A stretch of 53,859 nt of DNA from Betaproteobacteria bacterium (GTDB taxonomy: Bacteria; Pseudomonadota; Gammaproteobacteria; Burkholderiales; SG8-39), in assembly GCA_031389685.1 (NCBI GenBank), contig JANMSV010000085.1, forward strand, positions 1 to 53,859, in the 5' to 3' direction. The notes beneath the pieces are model-generated. The model was not told where the DNA came from and made no database searches. It saw nothing but the letters and a program-made list of their open reading frames with translations. The number at the start of each line of letters is the position of its first letter. Within the stretch, counting starts at the first letter, position 1. This document shows positions 9,380 through 19,391 of this stretch, piece after piece. Position numbers and translations under genes: made by a program.

Positions 9380-10446
9380 TTCGCGCCGCCGTACAGCGCG
9401 CTCGCGAGGTAGGCGCGGCGCAGGTGGCGCAAGGCGACGAGCAGCGCCGCGCTCGCCGGCAGCGCGAGCAGCACGCCGAAAAAGCCGAATACCTGGCCGA
9501 AGGCAAGCAACGCGAAGATCACGGCCACCGGGTGCAGGCCGATGCGCTCGCCCATCAGCAGCGGCGTCACCGCCAGGCCCTCCAGCGCCTGGCCGGCGCC
9601 GAAGGCGAACCATACCCAGGCCACGCCCCAGAGGCTGTCGAACTGCATCAGCGCGGCAATGGTGCCGAGGATAAAGCCGGCGAGCGCGCCGACGTAGGGG
9701 ATGAACACCAGCAGCCCGGTGATCAGGCCGATCGGCAGCGCGAACTCCAGCCGCGCCAGCCACAGTGCGAGCACGTAGTAAACGCTCATCAACACGATCA
9801 CCGTCAGCTGCCCGCGCAGAAACTCCGCGAGCACCGCGTCCACTTCGCGCAGGATTGCGCGCGCCTGCGCATGCACGTGGCGCGGGATCAGGCGCTCGAC
9901 GCGCGCCAGCAGCGCGTGCCAGTCGCGCAGCAGGTAGAACAGCACCACCGGCACCAGCAGCAGGTTGACGAAGAACGCGACCAGGGCCAGCCCGCCGACC
10001 TTGAGCGAGCCGAGCAGCCGCGCCACCACGTCCTGGTTGTCCGACACCAGGTCGGAGGCCAGCTTGCGCACGGTGTCGACGTCGAGCTGGAATTCGACGC
10101 CGAAGTGTTCCTTGAGCCGCGGCAGGAGCTGCTGGTTGAGCCAGACCAGGAACGCGGGCAGGCGGTCGACGAGCTGGCGCAGTTCCTTGGCGAACAGCGG
10201 CAGGACGACCAGCGCCAGCGCGACGATGAGCAGCAGCGCGCCGACCAGGACCAGGACCACGGCCAGCGTGCGCGGCAGGTATTTGCCCGTCAGGCGCTCG
10301 ACGATCGGGTCGAGGATGTAGGCAAGAATCGCCGCGAACAGGAACGGCGCGAGGATCGGCGACAGCAGGTAGAGCAGGCCGCCGACCACCAGCGCGACGG
10401 CGATCCAGCCCCAGAACTGCGGATTGGCGGAAAACGGGGAAGGCAT
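9376..10446 (-). CDS. AI-2E family transporter (PerM-like permease)
   Basis: The protein is a multi-TM protein with [15 protein letters not shown] and IPYVGA motifs. The start is ATG at 10446. Confidence 0.8.
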   Translation of the reverse strand: MPSPFSANPQFWGWIAVALVVGGLLYLLSPILAPFLFAAILAYILDPIVERLTGKYLPRTLAVVLVLVGALLLIVALALVVLPLFAKELRQLVDRLPAFLVWLNQQLLPRLKEHFGVEFQLDVDTVRKLASDLVSDNQDVVARLLGSLKVGGLALVAFFVNLLLVPVVLFYLLRDWHALLARVERLIPRHVHAQARAILREVDAVLAEFLRGQLTVIVLMSVYYVLALWLARLEFALPIGLITGLLVFIPYVGALAGFILGTIAALMQFDSLWGVAWVWFAFGAGQALEGLAVTPLLMGERIGLHPVAVIFALLAFGQVFGFFGVLLALPASAALLVALRHLRRAYLASALYGGAK

Positions 10447-10483
10447 CTCAAGTAAAATCGCGCTGCAAACGCGAAACTCTAGC

Positions 10484-11491
10484 ATGAGCGACCCGCTTTC
10501 CTACCGCGACGCGGGCGTCGACATCGACGCCGGCGACGCTCTCGTCGAGGCCATCAAGCCTTACGCGCGGCGCACCATGCGACCCGAAGTGCTGGCGGGC
10601 ATCGGCGGATTCGGCGCGCTGTGCAAAATCCCGAGGAAATACCGCCAGCCGGTGCTGGTGTCGGGCACCGACGGCGTCGGCACCAAGCTGAAGCTGGCGT
10701 TCGCCTACGGCCGCCACGACACGGTGGGCATCGACCTGGTGGCGATGAGCGTGAACGACGTGCTGGTGCAGGGCGCGGAGCCGCTCTTTTTCCTCGATTA
10801 CTACGCCTGCGGCAAGCTCGACACCAAGGTGGCGGCCAAGGTGGTGAAAGGCATTGCGCACGGCTGCGAACTGGCCGGTTGCGCGCTGATCGGCGGCGAG
10901 ACCGCGGAGATGCCGGGCATGTATCCCGAAGGCGAGTACGACCTGGCGGGATTCTGCGTCGGCGTGGTGGAACGGAAGCGCATCGTCAGCGGGCGCTCGA
11001 TCAAGCCGGGCGACGCAGTGCTCGGACTCGCCTCGAGCGGCGCGCATTCCAACGGCTACTCGCTCATTCGCCGCATTATCGAGCGTGACGCGCCGGATGC
11101 GGCGATGGTGAATGCAATCATGGAACCGACGCGCATTTACGTGAAGCCGATCCTGAAGCTGCTCCGGACGATGCGCATCAAGGGGCTCGCGCATATCACC
11201 GGCGGGGGCCTGGTCGGCAACCTGCCGCGCATCCTGCCCAAGCGCACACGCGCCGTGATCCGTGCCAGCGCGTGGCCGCGGCCGCCGCTGTTCGACTGGC
11301 TGCAGCGCAAGGGCGCCGTCGCCGAGGCGGAAATGCACCGCGTCTTTAACTGCGGCATCGGCATGGTCGCCGTGGTCGCGGCCACCGATGCGCGGCGCGC
11401 AGCGAGCAGGCTGCGCGCGATGGGGGAGACGGTCTACGAAATCGGCTCTATAGAAAAAGCAAAAGGCGAACCCGAAGTGGTGATCAGCTAG
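10484..11491 (+). CDS. purM: Phosphoribosylformylglycinamidine cyclo-ligase (AIR synthetase)
   Basis: [26 protein letters not shown] and [11 protein letters not shown] are present. Confidence 0.95.
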   Translation: MSDPLSYRDAGVDIDAGDALVEAIKPYARRTMRPEVLAGIGGFGALCKIPRKYRQPVLVSGTDGVGTKLKLAFAYGRHDTVGIDLVAMSVNDVLVQGAEPLFFLDYYACGKLDTKVAAKVVKGIAHGCELAGCALIGGETAEMPGMYPEGEYDLAGFCVGVVERKRIVSGRSIKPGDAVLGLASSGAHSNGYSLIRRIIERDAPDAAMVNAIMEPTRIYVKPILKLLRTMRIKGLAHITGGGLVGNLPRILPKRTRAVIRASAWPRPPLFDWLQRKGAVAEAEMHRVFNCGIGMVAVVAATDARRAASRLRAMGETVYEIGSIEKAKGEPEVVIS

Positions 11492-11933
11492 CCACCTTGT
11501 AGACGACGTCGTGCTCGCGCACGGGCTGGAGGACCTTGATCCCGAAATCGTCGTTCGGCCCGACTTCGTTGACCGCAGCGTGCTCGACCTGCAGCGATTC
11601 GATGCGCTGGCTGAAATCGCTGGTGTGTCCCCGGATGTGGACGGTGTCGCCGACACGCAGGGTTCCCGATTCGAGCTTCACGATCGCCACCGAGGGCTGG
11701 CCGTAGTAGTGGGTCACCACGCCGATGCGTACCCCCGGCGCGGGCCGCTCCGGCGGACTCGGCGGCTTCGGCTTGGCTGACTTCGGCTTGGCTGCCTTCG
11801 GCGCGGCACGCCGGACTGGCGCATTGCGCGCGGGCTTCCTGGCGGGCTGCGCGATTTTCCTGCGGATTGCCGGCCGTTTCGCCGGCACCTTCCTGCGTAT
11901 GGCTTTGGCCTTGGCTTTCTTCTTGACTGCCAT
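11484..11933 (-). CDS. Translation-elongation-factor-like (EF-Tu domain-2 beta-barrel) protein with a Lys/Ala/Pro-rich basic N-terminal tail
   Basis: ATG 11933 follows GGGGAGGG. The N-terminal ~65 aa are a KKKAKAKA...[10 protein letters not shown] tail, followed by a barrel ([31 protein letters not shown]). Confidence 0.7.
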   Translation of the reverse strand: MAVKKKAKAKAIRRKVPAKRPAIRRKIAQPARKPARNAPVRRAAPKAAKPKSAKPKPPSPPERPAPGVRIGVVTHYYGQPSVAIVKLESGTLRVGDTVHIRGHTSDFSQRIESLQVEHAAVNEVGPNDDFGIKVLQPVREHDVVYKVAS

Positions 11934-11974
11934 GTGTACCCTCCCCGGCGGCGCTCGCCGCCTGATCTGATGCG

Positions 11975-12844
11975 TTATTCTGTTCCTTTCGAACCGCTGC
12001 GCGCAAGATAGATTCCGGTCAGCACCACCGCGCCACCGGCGACCTGCAGCGCTACCAGCGGCTCGTCCAGCAGCGCCCAGGCGAAGGCCGCCGCCATCAC
12101 TGGCTGGAACAGCAGGCCGACGGAAGAGAACGCGGCCGGCAAATGCGCTAGCGCGTAGGCGATCAGGCCTTGTCCCGCGGCGTGCGAGATCCAGGCGAGG
12201 CCAATCAGCACCAGCCACCCGGCGGCGCTTGGCGGCAGCAGCACCTCGCCTGAAACGAGCGCCACCGGCAGCAGGATCGCGGCAGTCACCGTGGTGGTGA
12301 CCGCCATCAGCTGCAGGGTGGCCGCCCCGCGGTCGCGCAGCCCTTTCACCGACAGCAGGTACCAGGCATAGAACATCGCAGTGACCACGCCCAGGGCGTC
12401 GCCGAGCAGCGCGCGCGGCGAGAAATCAAGGCTGGTGCGCACCAGCATGACGACGCCTGCGAGCGCCAGCGCGAGCGCGAGCAGAAACTGTCCGGTCGGC
12501 CGCTGGCGCCACAGCAGCCACGCGGCCAGTGTGACGAAGATCGAGGCGAGGTTGGCGAGCAGCGTTGAGTTGGCGACCGAGGTAAACTGGATCGACCAGT
12601 GCCAGAAGACGAGATCGCCTGCGAACGCGAGTCCCGCGAGCAGCAGGAGTATGCGGCGGTTGCGGTCCGGGATCGCGACCGCGCGCGGCACCAGCGCCGC
12701 GACGGCCCACAGCAGCGGCGCGGCGAGTGCCACACGCCAGAACGCGCTCGCGGTCGGACCGACGTCGGCGACGCGCACCCAGATCGGCGATAGCGCGATG
12801 CAAGTCGCGCCGGCGAACAGGGCAAACAAGGCGTAAGCGCGCAT
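11975..12844 (-). CDS. DMT superfamily (EamA-like) transporter
   Basis: The profile is hydrophobic with about ten TM segments and a duplicated EamA-like pattern. ATG at 12844 is preferred over TTG at 12874. Confidence 0.75.
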   Translation of the reverse strand: MRAYALFALFAGATCIALSPIWVRVADVGPTASAFWRVALAAPLLWAVAALVPRAVAIPDRNRRILLLLAGLAFAGDLVFWHWSIQFTSVANSTLLANLASIFVTLAAWLLWRQRPTGQFLLALALALAGVVMLVRTSLDFSPRALLGDALGVVTAMFYAWYLLSVKGLRDRGAATLQLMAVTTTVTAAILLPVALVSGEVLLPPSAAGWLVLIGLAWISHAAGQGLIAYALAHLPAAFSSVGLLFQPVMAAAFAWALLDEPLVALQVAGGAVVLTGIYLARSGSKGTE

Positions 12845-12873
12845 GCGCGGATGGTAAACTTTCGCCGCATCCA

Positions 12874-15800
12874 ATGTCTTCTCCTCGCTTCGTCCATCTC
12901 AGGCTGCACAGCGAGTACTCGGTGACGGACGGGATCGTCCGGCTCGACGAAGGGGTGCGACGCGCGGCGCAGGACGGCATGCCGGCGCTGGCGCTCACCG
13001 ACAGTGCAAATCTGTCCGGCATGGTGAAGTTCTACCGGGCGGCGCGCGCTGCGGGCGTCAAGCCGCTCATCGGCGCCGATTGCTGGGTGCAGGGCGAGGC
13101 CGACGCGGACAAGCCGTCGCGCGTGCTGCTGTTGTGCGCGTCGCGCGCGGGTTATCTGCGGCTGTGCGAGCTGCTGTCGCGCGCCTGGATCACGAATCAG
13201 CACCGGGCGCGCGCCGAAATCTCGCGCGCCTGGCTGCGCGAAGCCGGCACCGAAGGCCTGCTCGCGCTCTCCGGCGCCGCGGGCGGCGACGTAGGGCAGG
13301 CGCTTGCCGCAGGCAACGGGGCGGCGCAACGGCTGGCGCGTGATTGGGCCGCCTTGTTCCCGGACCGCTACTACCTCGAAGTCCAGCGCGCCGGCTTTGC
13401 CCAGGGCGAAACCTTGCTCGCGCGCACCGTGGACCTGGCCACGCGGCTCGCATTGCCGGTGGTCGCCACGCACCCCGTGCAGTTTCTCGCGCCGGAGGAT
13501 TTCAAGGCGCACGAGGCGCGCGTGTGCATTGCACAGGGCTACGTGCTCGGCGACCAGCGCCGTCCGCGCCTGTTCACCGCGGAGCAATACTTCAAGTCGC
13601 AGGCTGAAATGGCACAGCTGTTCGCGGACCTGCCCCAGGCGCTCGCCAATTCGCTGGAGATCGCGCGGCGCTGCAGCCTGGAAATCGAGCTTGGCAAAAG
13701 CCGCCTGCCGGCGTTTCCCACGCCGCCGGGGATCACCATCGACCAGACCCTGCGCCAGCAGGCCGAGCAAGGCCTCGCCGCGCGGCTCGACAAGCTGTTC
13801 CCGGAGGCCGCGGAGCGGGCGCGCGCGGCGCCGCGCTACCGGGCGAGGCTCGACTTCGAAATCCGCACCATCATCCAGATGGGTTTCGCCGGCTACTTCC
13901 TGATCGTCGCCGACTTCATCAACTGGGCGAAGCACAACGGCGTGCCCGTCGGGCCCGGCCGCGGCTCGGGCGCCGGCTCGCTGGTCGCGTATTCGCTGGG
14001 CATCACCGACCTCGACCCGATTACCTACGACCTGCTGTTCGAGCGCTTTCTGAATCCGGAACGGGTGTCGATGCCGGACTTCGACATTGATTTCTGCCAG
14101 GACGGTCGCGACAAGGTGATCGACTATGTGCGCGGCAAGTACGGCGCCGACCACGTGTCGCAGATCGTCACTTTCGGCACCATGGCGGCGCGCGCCGTGG
14201 TGCGCGACTGCGGCCGCGTCCTTGACCTGGGCTACAACTTCTGTGACCAGGTGGCAAAGCTGATCCCGGTGCAGCCCGGACGCACCGTCACACTGGCCGA
14301 CGCGCGCGAGATGGAGCCGCTGCTTGCGCAGCGCGAGAAAAAAGAGGACGAGGTCAGGGAGCTGCTCGCCCTGGGCGAAAAACTGGAAGGACTCACGCGC
14401 AACGTCGGCATGCATGCCGGCGGCGTGCTCATCGCGCCCGGCAAGCTCACCGACTTCTGCCCGCTGTATGCGGCAGAAGGCGGCACCGGGGTCATTTCGC
14501 AGCTTGACAAGGACGACGTCGAAGCCGTCGGCCTGGTGAAATTCGATTTCCTCGGCCTGACCACGCTCACCATCCTGGATTGGGCGGTGCGCTACGTGCG
14601 CGCACTGGGCGAATCCGGATTTTCGCTGGAGCAGGTGCCGCTCGACGACCCGGCGACCTACCAACTGCTCTCGTCGGGCAACACCACCGCTGTATTCCAG
14701 CTGGAATCCCGTGGCATGCGCGACCTGATCAAGCGCGCGCGCCCGGACCGCTTCGAGGACGTGATCGCGCTGGTGGCGCTGTACCGTCCGGGGCCCATGG
14801 ACCTGATCCCGGATTTCATCGCGCGCAAGCACGGCAGCCAGCGCGTGGAATACCTCGACCAGCGCATCGAGCCGATCCTCAGCCCGACCTACGGCATCAT
14901 GGTGTACCAGGAGCAGGTGATGCAGATCGGGCAGGTGATCGGCGGCCTGACGCTGGGCGGCGCCGACCTGCTGCGGCGCGCGATGGGCAAGAAAAATGCC
15001 GAGGAAATGGCGCAGCAGCGCGACGTGTTCGTCGCCGGTGCGCAGCAGAACGGCCTCTCCAAGGGCAAGGCGACTCAGCTATTCGACCTGATGGAAAAGT
15101 TCGCGGGCTACGGCTTCAACCGCTCGCATGCCGCCGCCTACGCGTTGCTCGCCTACCAGACCGCCTACCTGAAGGCGCACCACGCGGCCGCGTTCATGGC
15201 GGCCAACCTGTCGCTGGTCATGGACGACACCGACAAGGTGCGCCAGTTTCACGAGGACGCGCTTGCCAACGGCCTCGCCGTGCTGCCGCCGGACATCAAC
15301 GCTTGCGCATACCGTTTCGTGCCGGTGGACGCGCAGACGCTCCGCTACGGCCTGGGCGCGGTGCGCGGCACCGGAGAATCGGCGATCGGCGTGATCCTCG
15401 AGGCGCGCAAGGCCGGGCCGTTCAGCGGCCTGTTCGACCTGTGCCGGCGCGTGGACAAGCGCACCGTCAACCGCCGCGCCATCGAGGCGCTGGTGCGTGC
15501 CGGCGCGTTCGACGCGCTCGAGGGCAACCGGGCCAGCCTGCTCGCCAGCGTGGCGCGCGCGCTGGAGACGGCGGAGCAGGCGGAACGCCAGGCGGCGCAG
15601 GTCAGCCTGTTCGGCGACGCCGACGGCGCGCGCGACGGCGACGCGGCGCTGATCGACGCCCGGCCCTGGGATCTCAAGCAAAAGTTGTTGGAGGAGAAGG
15701 CCGCGCTCGGCTTCACGCTGTCGGGCCACCTGTTCTCGGTGTACGAGCGCGAGATTGCCGGCTTTCCGCGCACGCCGCTCGCCAGGCTCAACTCCGCGGA

Positions 15801-16308
15801 GCCGCGCGCGTGGTTGGCGGGCGTGGTGGCCTCGGCGCGCACGCAGATGACCCGGCGTGGGCGCATGATGGTGGTGATGCTCGATGACGGCACTGCCCAG
15901 CTCGAGGTCACGGTGTTCAACGAGTTGTTCGAGAAGCACCGCGACAAGCTGAAAGAGGACGCGCTGCTGATCGTCCAAGGCAAGGCGCAGCGCGACGAGT
16001 TCGCGGGCGGCTTGCGCGTCAGCGCCGAGGAGCTCTATGACCTGCCCGCGCTGCGTGCGCGTTACGCGGCGCGCCTGCGACTGGAAATGAACCGGCAGGC
16101 CGACGCCCGCCACCTGATGGAGCTGCTCTCGCCATACCGTGCGGACGGCGCCTGCCCGGTATTCGTGCACTACCAGACTGGCGCCGCCGCCTGCGATGTT
16201 GCCCTGGGCGACGCCTGGCGCGTGCGGCCCGACGCGCAGTTGATCGAACGGCTGGGTGCCTGGCTGGCGCCGGAGAAGGTGCAGGTCGTGTATTCGGTCG
16301 GCGCCTAG
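12874..16308 (+). CDS. dnaE: DNA polymerase III alpha subunit
   Basis: The PHP N-terminus (FVHLRLHSEYS), PDFDIDF, GMHAGGV, NRSHAAAY and the 1144-aa length fit DnaE. Confidence 0.97.
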   Translation: MSSPRFVHLRLHSEYSVTDGIVRLDEGVRRAAQDGMPALALTDSANLSGMVKFYRAARAAGVKPLIGADCWVQGEADADKPSRVLLLCASRAGYLRLCELLSRAWITNQHRARAEISRAWLREAGTEGLLALSGAAGGDVGQALAAGNGAAQRLARDWAALFPDRYYLEVQRAGFAQGETLLARTVDLATRLALPVVATHPVQFLAPEDFKAHEARVCIAQGYVLGDQRRPRLFTAEQYFKSQAEMAQLFADLPQALANSLEIARRCSLEIELGKSRLPAFPTPPGITIDQTLRQQAEQGLAARLDKLFPEAAERARAAPRYRARLDFEIRTIIQMGFAGYFLIVADFINWAKHNGVPVGPGRGSGAGSLVAYSLGITDLDPITYDLLFERFLNPERVSMPDFDIDFCQDGRDKVIDYVRGKYGADHVSQIVTFGTMAARAVVRDCGRVLDLGYNFCDQVAKLIPVQPGRTVTLADAREMEPLLAQREKKEDEVRELLALGEKLEGLTRNVGMHAGGVLIAPGKLTDFCPLYAAEGGTGVISQLDKDDVEAVGLVKFDFLGLTTLTILDWAVRYVRALGESGFSLEQVPLDDPATYQLLSSGNTTAVFQLESRGMRDLIKRARPDRFEDVIALVALYRPGPMDLIPDFIARKHGSQRVEYLDQRIEPILSPTYGIMVYQEQVMQIGQVIGGLTLGGADLLRRAMGKKNAEEMAQQRDVFVAGAQQNGLSKGKATQLFDLMEKFAGYGFNRSHAAAYALLAYQTAYLKAHHAAAFMAANLSLVMDDTDKVRQFHEDALANGLAVLPPDINACAYRFVPVDAQTLRYGLGAVRGTGESAIGVILEARKAGPFSGLFDLCRRVDKRTVNRRAIEALVRAGAFDALEGNRASLLASVARALETAEQAERQAAQVSLFGDADGARDGDAALIDARPWDLKQKLLEEKAALGFTLSGHLFSVYEREIAGFPRTPLARLNSAEPRAWLAGVVASARTQMTRRGRMMVVMLDDGTAQLEVTVFNELFEKHRDKLKEDALLIVQGKAQRDEFAGGLRVSAEELYDLPALRARYAARLRLEMNRQADARHLMELLSPYRADGACPVFVHYQTGAAACDVALGDAWRVRPDAQLIERLGAWLAPEKVQVVYSVGA

Positions 16309-17267
16309 CCGCGCGACCAGCGTACTTCGCAGGCCTCCCGGCGCCACAGGTCGCGCACGCTGCGGTACCAGGCACCGAGCAGACGTTCGGCCGGATCGCA
16401 GCGTCGTTTCTCGGCGAGAAACGCGCCCAGCATAGGAAAGCAGGCCGCCGCCTGCGCGCGGCTGGCATACGGCAGGTGCGCTGGCGCGATGCCGCCCCCG
16501 GCGCCGAGCGCGAGATCAATCAAGTGCCTGCGCAACTGCGCCGCAGCGGCGCAGGCGCCGATCGTCGAGCGCGCGCAGTACTCGATGCGCAGAGCCGCGA
16601 ATTCGCGCCGTGCCCAGCGCAGGAAAGTTTCGTCCTCGGGCAGCGAGCGGCGCACTTCCAGGCGGGTCAGCGCGCAGCGGCGCTCGTCGAGCGCGGCGCG
16701 TGCCCGGTCGATGAACGCATCGGCGGCCTGCGGCGGCACCAGCACCTCGATGCAGAACAATGAGCCCGGCGCTTCGACCGGGGGCAGCTCAAGGCACACG
16801 GGTGCGCTGGCATTCCCGGCGGCTCTTGACAGGGACCCGAGATCCAGCGTCACGCTGTAGAAGGGTCCGAACGCGCCGAACCCGCCGACCGCAAGCCTGA
16901 ACAGCTCAGGCGCCTGTCCCCGGTTGACGCGCCGCAGCTCGCCGTCCGCCGTCACCAGGGTCATCGAGTGCAGGTGCGCGACCATCGGCCGGCCATCGGG
17001 CCCCGCAGCATTGGCAGCGATGCTTTCGCCGACGGTGCCGCCCGGGAACGTGCCATCGGTAAACGCGTCGAGCGCGCGCCAGGACACGCCGGCTTGCACC
17101 TCCAGCAGGCCGCGCTCGGCGTCGTGGCAAAGCGTCCTGTCCAGGCCGGAGGCATCGTAACTCCCGGCCCAGCTGGTGCCGGCCAGCATGGCCTTGCACA
17201 GGTCGAGCGCGGAGCAAACGCGTGGTCCGGTGAAGGCGGCGAGGGGCAGGGATTGCGCTGCGAGCAT
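16305..17267 (-). CDS. FAD-linked oxidase-like protein (divergent, short N-terminus)
   Basis: ELFRLAVGGFGAFGPFYSVTLDL resembles the PCMH-type FAD-binding fold, but the N-terminal FAD motifs look degenerate. Confidence 0.5.
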   Translation of the reverse strand: MLAAQSLPLAAFTGPRVCSALDLCKAMLAGTSWAGSYDASGLDRTLCHDAERGLLEVQAGVSWRALDAFTDGTFPGGTVGESIAANAAGPDGRPMVAHLHSMTLVTADGELRRVNRGQAPELFRLAVGGFGAFGPFYSVTLDLGSLSRAAGNASAPVCLELPPVEAPGSLFCIEVLVPPQAADAFIDRARAALDERRCALTRLEVRRSLPEDETFLRWARREFAALRIEYCARSTIGACAAAAQLRRHLIDLALGAGGGIAPAHLPYASRAQAAACFPMLGAFLAEKRRCDPAERLLGAWYRSVRDLWRREACEVRWSRG

Positions 17268-17339
17268 GGCGGGCTCCTTGGGTGATGGGCGACCCATTGT
17301 TCGCGCACCGTATGGTGCAATGCAATACCAGAATTCAGG

Positions 17340-17358
17340 AGTATCGTTTTACGATACT
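17340..17358. promoter_or_regulatory. Perfect inverted repeat AGTATCG-TTTTA-CGATACT, candidate operator
   Basis: The repeat is seen directly in the 116-bp divergent region, 26 nt upstream of the HTH regulator ATG. Confidence 0.45.
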
Positions 17359-17383
17359 GTCCGTTTCATCCTTTGCGCCTGCC

Positions 17384-18151
17384 ATGCCCTTGGCCCACCG
17401 CCTGGTCGAAGCCCTGAAGAAATGCCTCAAGGCGCGCGGCATGACCTACGGGGCGCTGGCGCGCGAGCTGCGCCTGTCGGAGGCCAGCGTCAAGCGCCTG
17501 TTCTCGCGCGGCACATTCACCCTGGCACGCGTCGACGCCGTCCTGCGGGTGCTCGATCTGGACCTGGTCGAGGTCGCGCGCATGGCGCGCGGCCCGGAGA
17601 ACCAGGCCGCGGAACTCAGCGTGGAGCAGGAAGCCGTGCTGGCGAGCGATGAGCGACTGCTGTCGGTGTTCTGGCTGATTCTGAACGGCTGGAGCTTTGC
17701 CGAAATCGTCGAGGAGTTCGCCATTGCCCGCACCGAGCTGACGCTGGCGCTCGCCAAGTTCGAGCGCGCGCGGCTGATCGACTGGGACGCGGGCGAGCGT
17801 GTGCGCCTGCGGGTGTCGAAGGACTTCGTCTGGCGCGCGGGCGGCCCGGTCAAGAAGGCCTACGGACTGCGGGTGACCGCCGAGTTCCTGCGTTCGCGCT
17901 TCAGCGGCCCGCTCGAGTTGCTGCGCTTCGAGGCGCGCGACCTCTCGCCGGCGTCCGCCGCAATGCTCAGGCGCCGGCTGGAGCGCGTGGCGGCCGAGTT
18001 CAACGAACTCGCAGAAGTCGATTCGACGCTGCCCGCGCGCAGGCGCGAGGGCGTGGGCTTGTTGCTGGCCTGCCGGCCGTGGGCCTTTTCCGTGGTGCAG
18101 GCACTGAAAAAGCGCGCTCAGGCGCTCGGCCAGCGTTCGAATCGGGCGTAG
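17384..18151 (+). CDS. Helix-turn-helix (XRE-like) transcriptional regulator
   Basis: The N-terminal HTH reads MTYGALARELRLSEASVKRLFSRG. The start is ATG at 17384. Confidence 0.7.
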   Translation: MPLAHRLVEALKKCLKARGMTYGALARELRLSEASVKRLFSRGTFTLARVDAVLRVLDLDLVEVARMARGPENQAAELSVEQEAVLASDERLLSVFWLILNGWSFAEIVEEFAIARTELTLALAKFERARLIDWDAGERVRLRVSKDFVWRAGGPVKKAYGLRVTAEFLRSRFSGPLELLRFEARDLSPASAAMLRRRLERVAAEFNELAEVDSTLPARRREGVGLLLACRPWAFSVVQALKKRAQALGQRSNRA

Positions 18152-18405
18152 CGGCGGCCGGCGTGCTCGGGCGCCGGTGGTCCGCTCTCGAGCTGCTCGA
18201 CGTGCGCCGCAGGCGGGCCGCGGTGCGCCCATGCCAGCAGTGCGGCTACGGCCTCGGCGCTGCCCTGCGCCAGGGCCTCGACGCCCCCGTCGGCGCGATT
18301 GCGCACCCAGCCGGTCACGCCCAGGCGCTCGGCTTGCTGCTGCAGCGCGTCCCTGAAGCCCACACCCTGCACGCGTCCGCGGATCAGCAGGCGAATTGTT
18401 TGCAC
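18118..18405 (-). CDS. acyP: Acylphosphatase
   Basis: IRGRVQGVGFR and GWVRN are signatures. GTG 18405 lies 10 nt after GAGGA. Confidence 0.85.
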   Translation of the reverse strand: MQTIRLLIRGRVQGVGFRDALQQQAERLGVTGWVRNRADGGVEALAQGSAEAVAALLAWAHRGPPAAHVEQLESGPPAPEHAGRRYARFERWPSA

Positions 18406-18529
18406 CTGTAAAATTTCCTCCAGTCCCCGGCCCCGTTGCTGAACGCTGCCGAAGTCCATGGTAAGCTGCAGCGGAAATTTATCACTCCATCCTGCGCTCG
18501 CAGGCCGAGTCTGCTTGGGGGAAATCGCG

Positions 18530-18925
18530 ATGCGCGCCGTACTGTTGATCATTGCTGGACTGGCACTGGCGGGTTTTCTCGCGGTTGCGGTGGTGCTGCC
18601 GCAAATGGCGGGTAGCGATGCCAGGGAAGCCGCGCAGGCCCTGGTGTCGGGCGCGGATGCTGCGAAGCAGCAGGTGGTGGCGGCTGCCGAGAAATCGGGT
18701 GCGCTCGCCGGCTCGGGCAACAACGTCAAGCTGGCCGCTCGTACCGACCCCAAGCACGGCGAATTGAAGTGGCTCGTGGAAATCAACGGCGCGGTCCGCG
18801 GCTGGAACGAAAAGAACGCCATCGAAGTGTCGTTCACGCCGACGCTGCAGGGCGGCAAGCTGAGCTGGGCCTGCCGCGGGTTCCCGATTACCGCGATGCC
18901 CGCGAGCTGCGGCGGCAAGTCCTGA
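18530..18925 (+). CDS. Pilin-fold-like small protein with an uncleaved-type N-terminal TM helix
   Basis: The N-terminus is MRAVLLIIAGLALAGFLAVAVVLPQ. The C-terminal pair of Cys (WACRG...PASCGG) resembles the type IV pilin disulfide loop. There is no G/FTLIE prepilin motif. Confidence 0.5.
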   Translation: MRAVLLIIAGLALAGFLAVAVVLPQMAGSDAREAAQALVSGADAAKQQVVAAAEKSGALAGSGNNVKLAARTDPKHGELKWLVEINGAVRGWNEKNAIEVSFTPTLQGGKLSWACRGFPITAMPASCGGKS

Positions 18926-18928
18926 TCG

Positions 18929-19390
18929 CTAGCGCTTTGCGGCGCTCACCGCCGTGAGAATGCCTTGGATAATCGCCGTGGGCGGGGGCGGGCAGCCGGG
19001 TACAGCGACGTCCACCGGGATCACGTTGGCGACGCGCCCGCAGCTCGCGTAGCTCTCGCCAAAGATCCCGCCGGTACAACCGCAGTCACCGATCGCCACT
19101 ACCAGCTTGGGTTCTGGCGTGGCTGCGTAGGTGCGCCTGAGCGCCGTTTCCATGTTGCGCGACACCGGCCCGGTGACGAGCAGCATGTCGGCATGCCGCG
19201 GGCTCGCCACGAACTTGATGCCGAGCCGTTCGAGGTTGTAGTGCGGACCGTTGGCGGCGTGGATCTCGAGTTCGCAGCCGTTGCAGGAGCCCGCGTCCAC
19301 GTGCCGGATGGCGAGCGAACGCCCGAAGTGCTTGAGGATCGTTGCGCCCAGCTGCTGCTCGATTTGGCGCAGCGCCTCGTCGGCGCGCGG
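18929..19390 (-). pseudogene. Group-4 [NiFe]-hydrogenase small subunit (HycG/HyfI, NuoB-like) lacking its 5' end and start codon
   Basis: Homology runs ADEALRQIEQQLGATILKHFGRSLAIRHVDAGSCNGCELEI...SPRHADMLLVTG...GDCGCTGG...PGCPP. The frame is closed by TGA at 19397-19399, and there is no ATG/GTG/TTG before the Cys motif. Confidence 0.75.
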
Positions 19391-19391
19391 C

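Noticed and set aside
12346-14832. An 828-aa ORF antisense to dnaE. Similar long ORFs lie antisense to real genes: 5321-6616(+), 6644-8353(+), 20261-21967(+), 25362-27044(-), 34027-35346(+), 45384-47810(+).
   Set aside because: These are typical shadow ORFs of a very GC-rich genome. Their products are Arg/Ala/Gly/Pro-rich and low-complexity, with no recognisable motifs. Each lies opposite a strand carrying an unambiguous conserved gene.
19086-19391. The C-terminal ~100 aa of the 370-aa HyfB-like track ORF.
   Set aside because: The sequence (AARRRGAAPNRAAAGRND...) is out-of-frame read-through across the small-subunit gene after the deletion junction. It is not a genuine protein segment.
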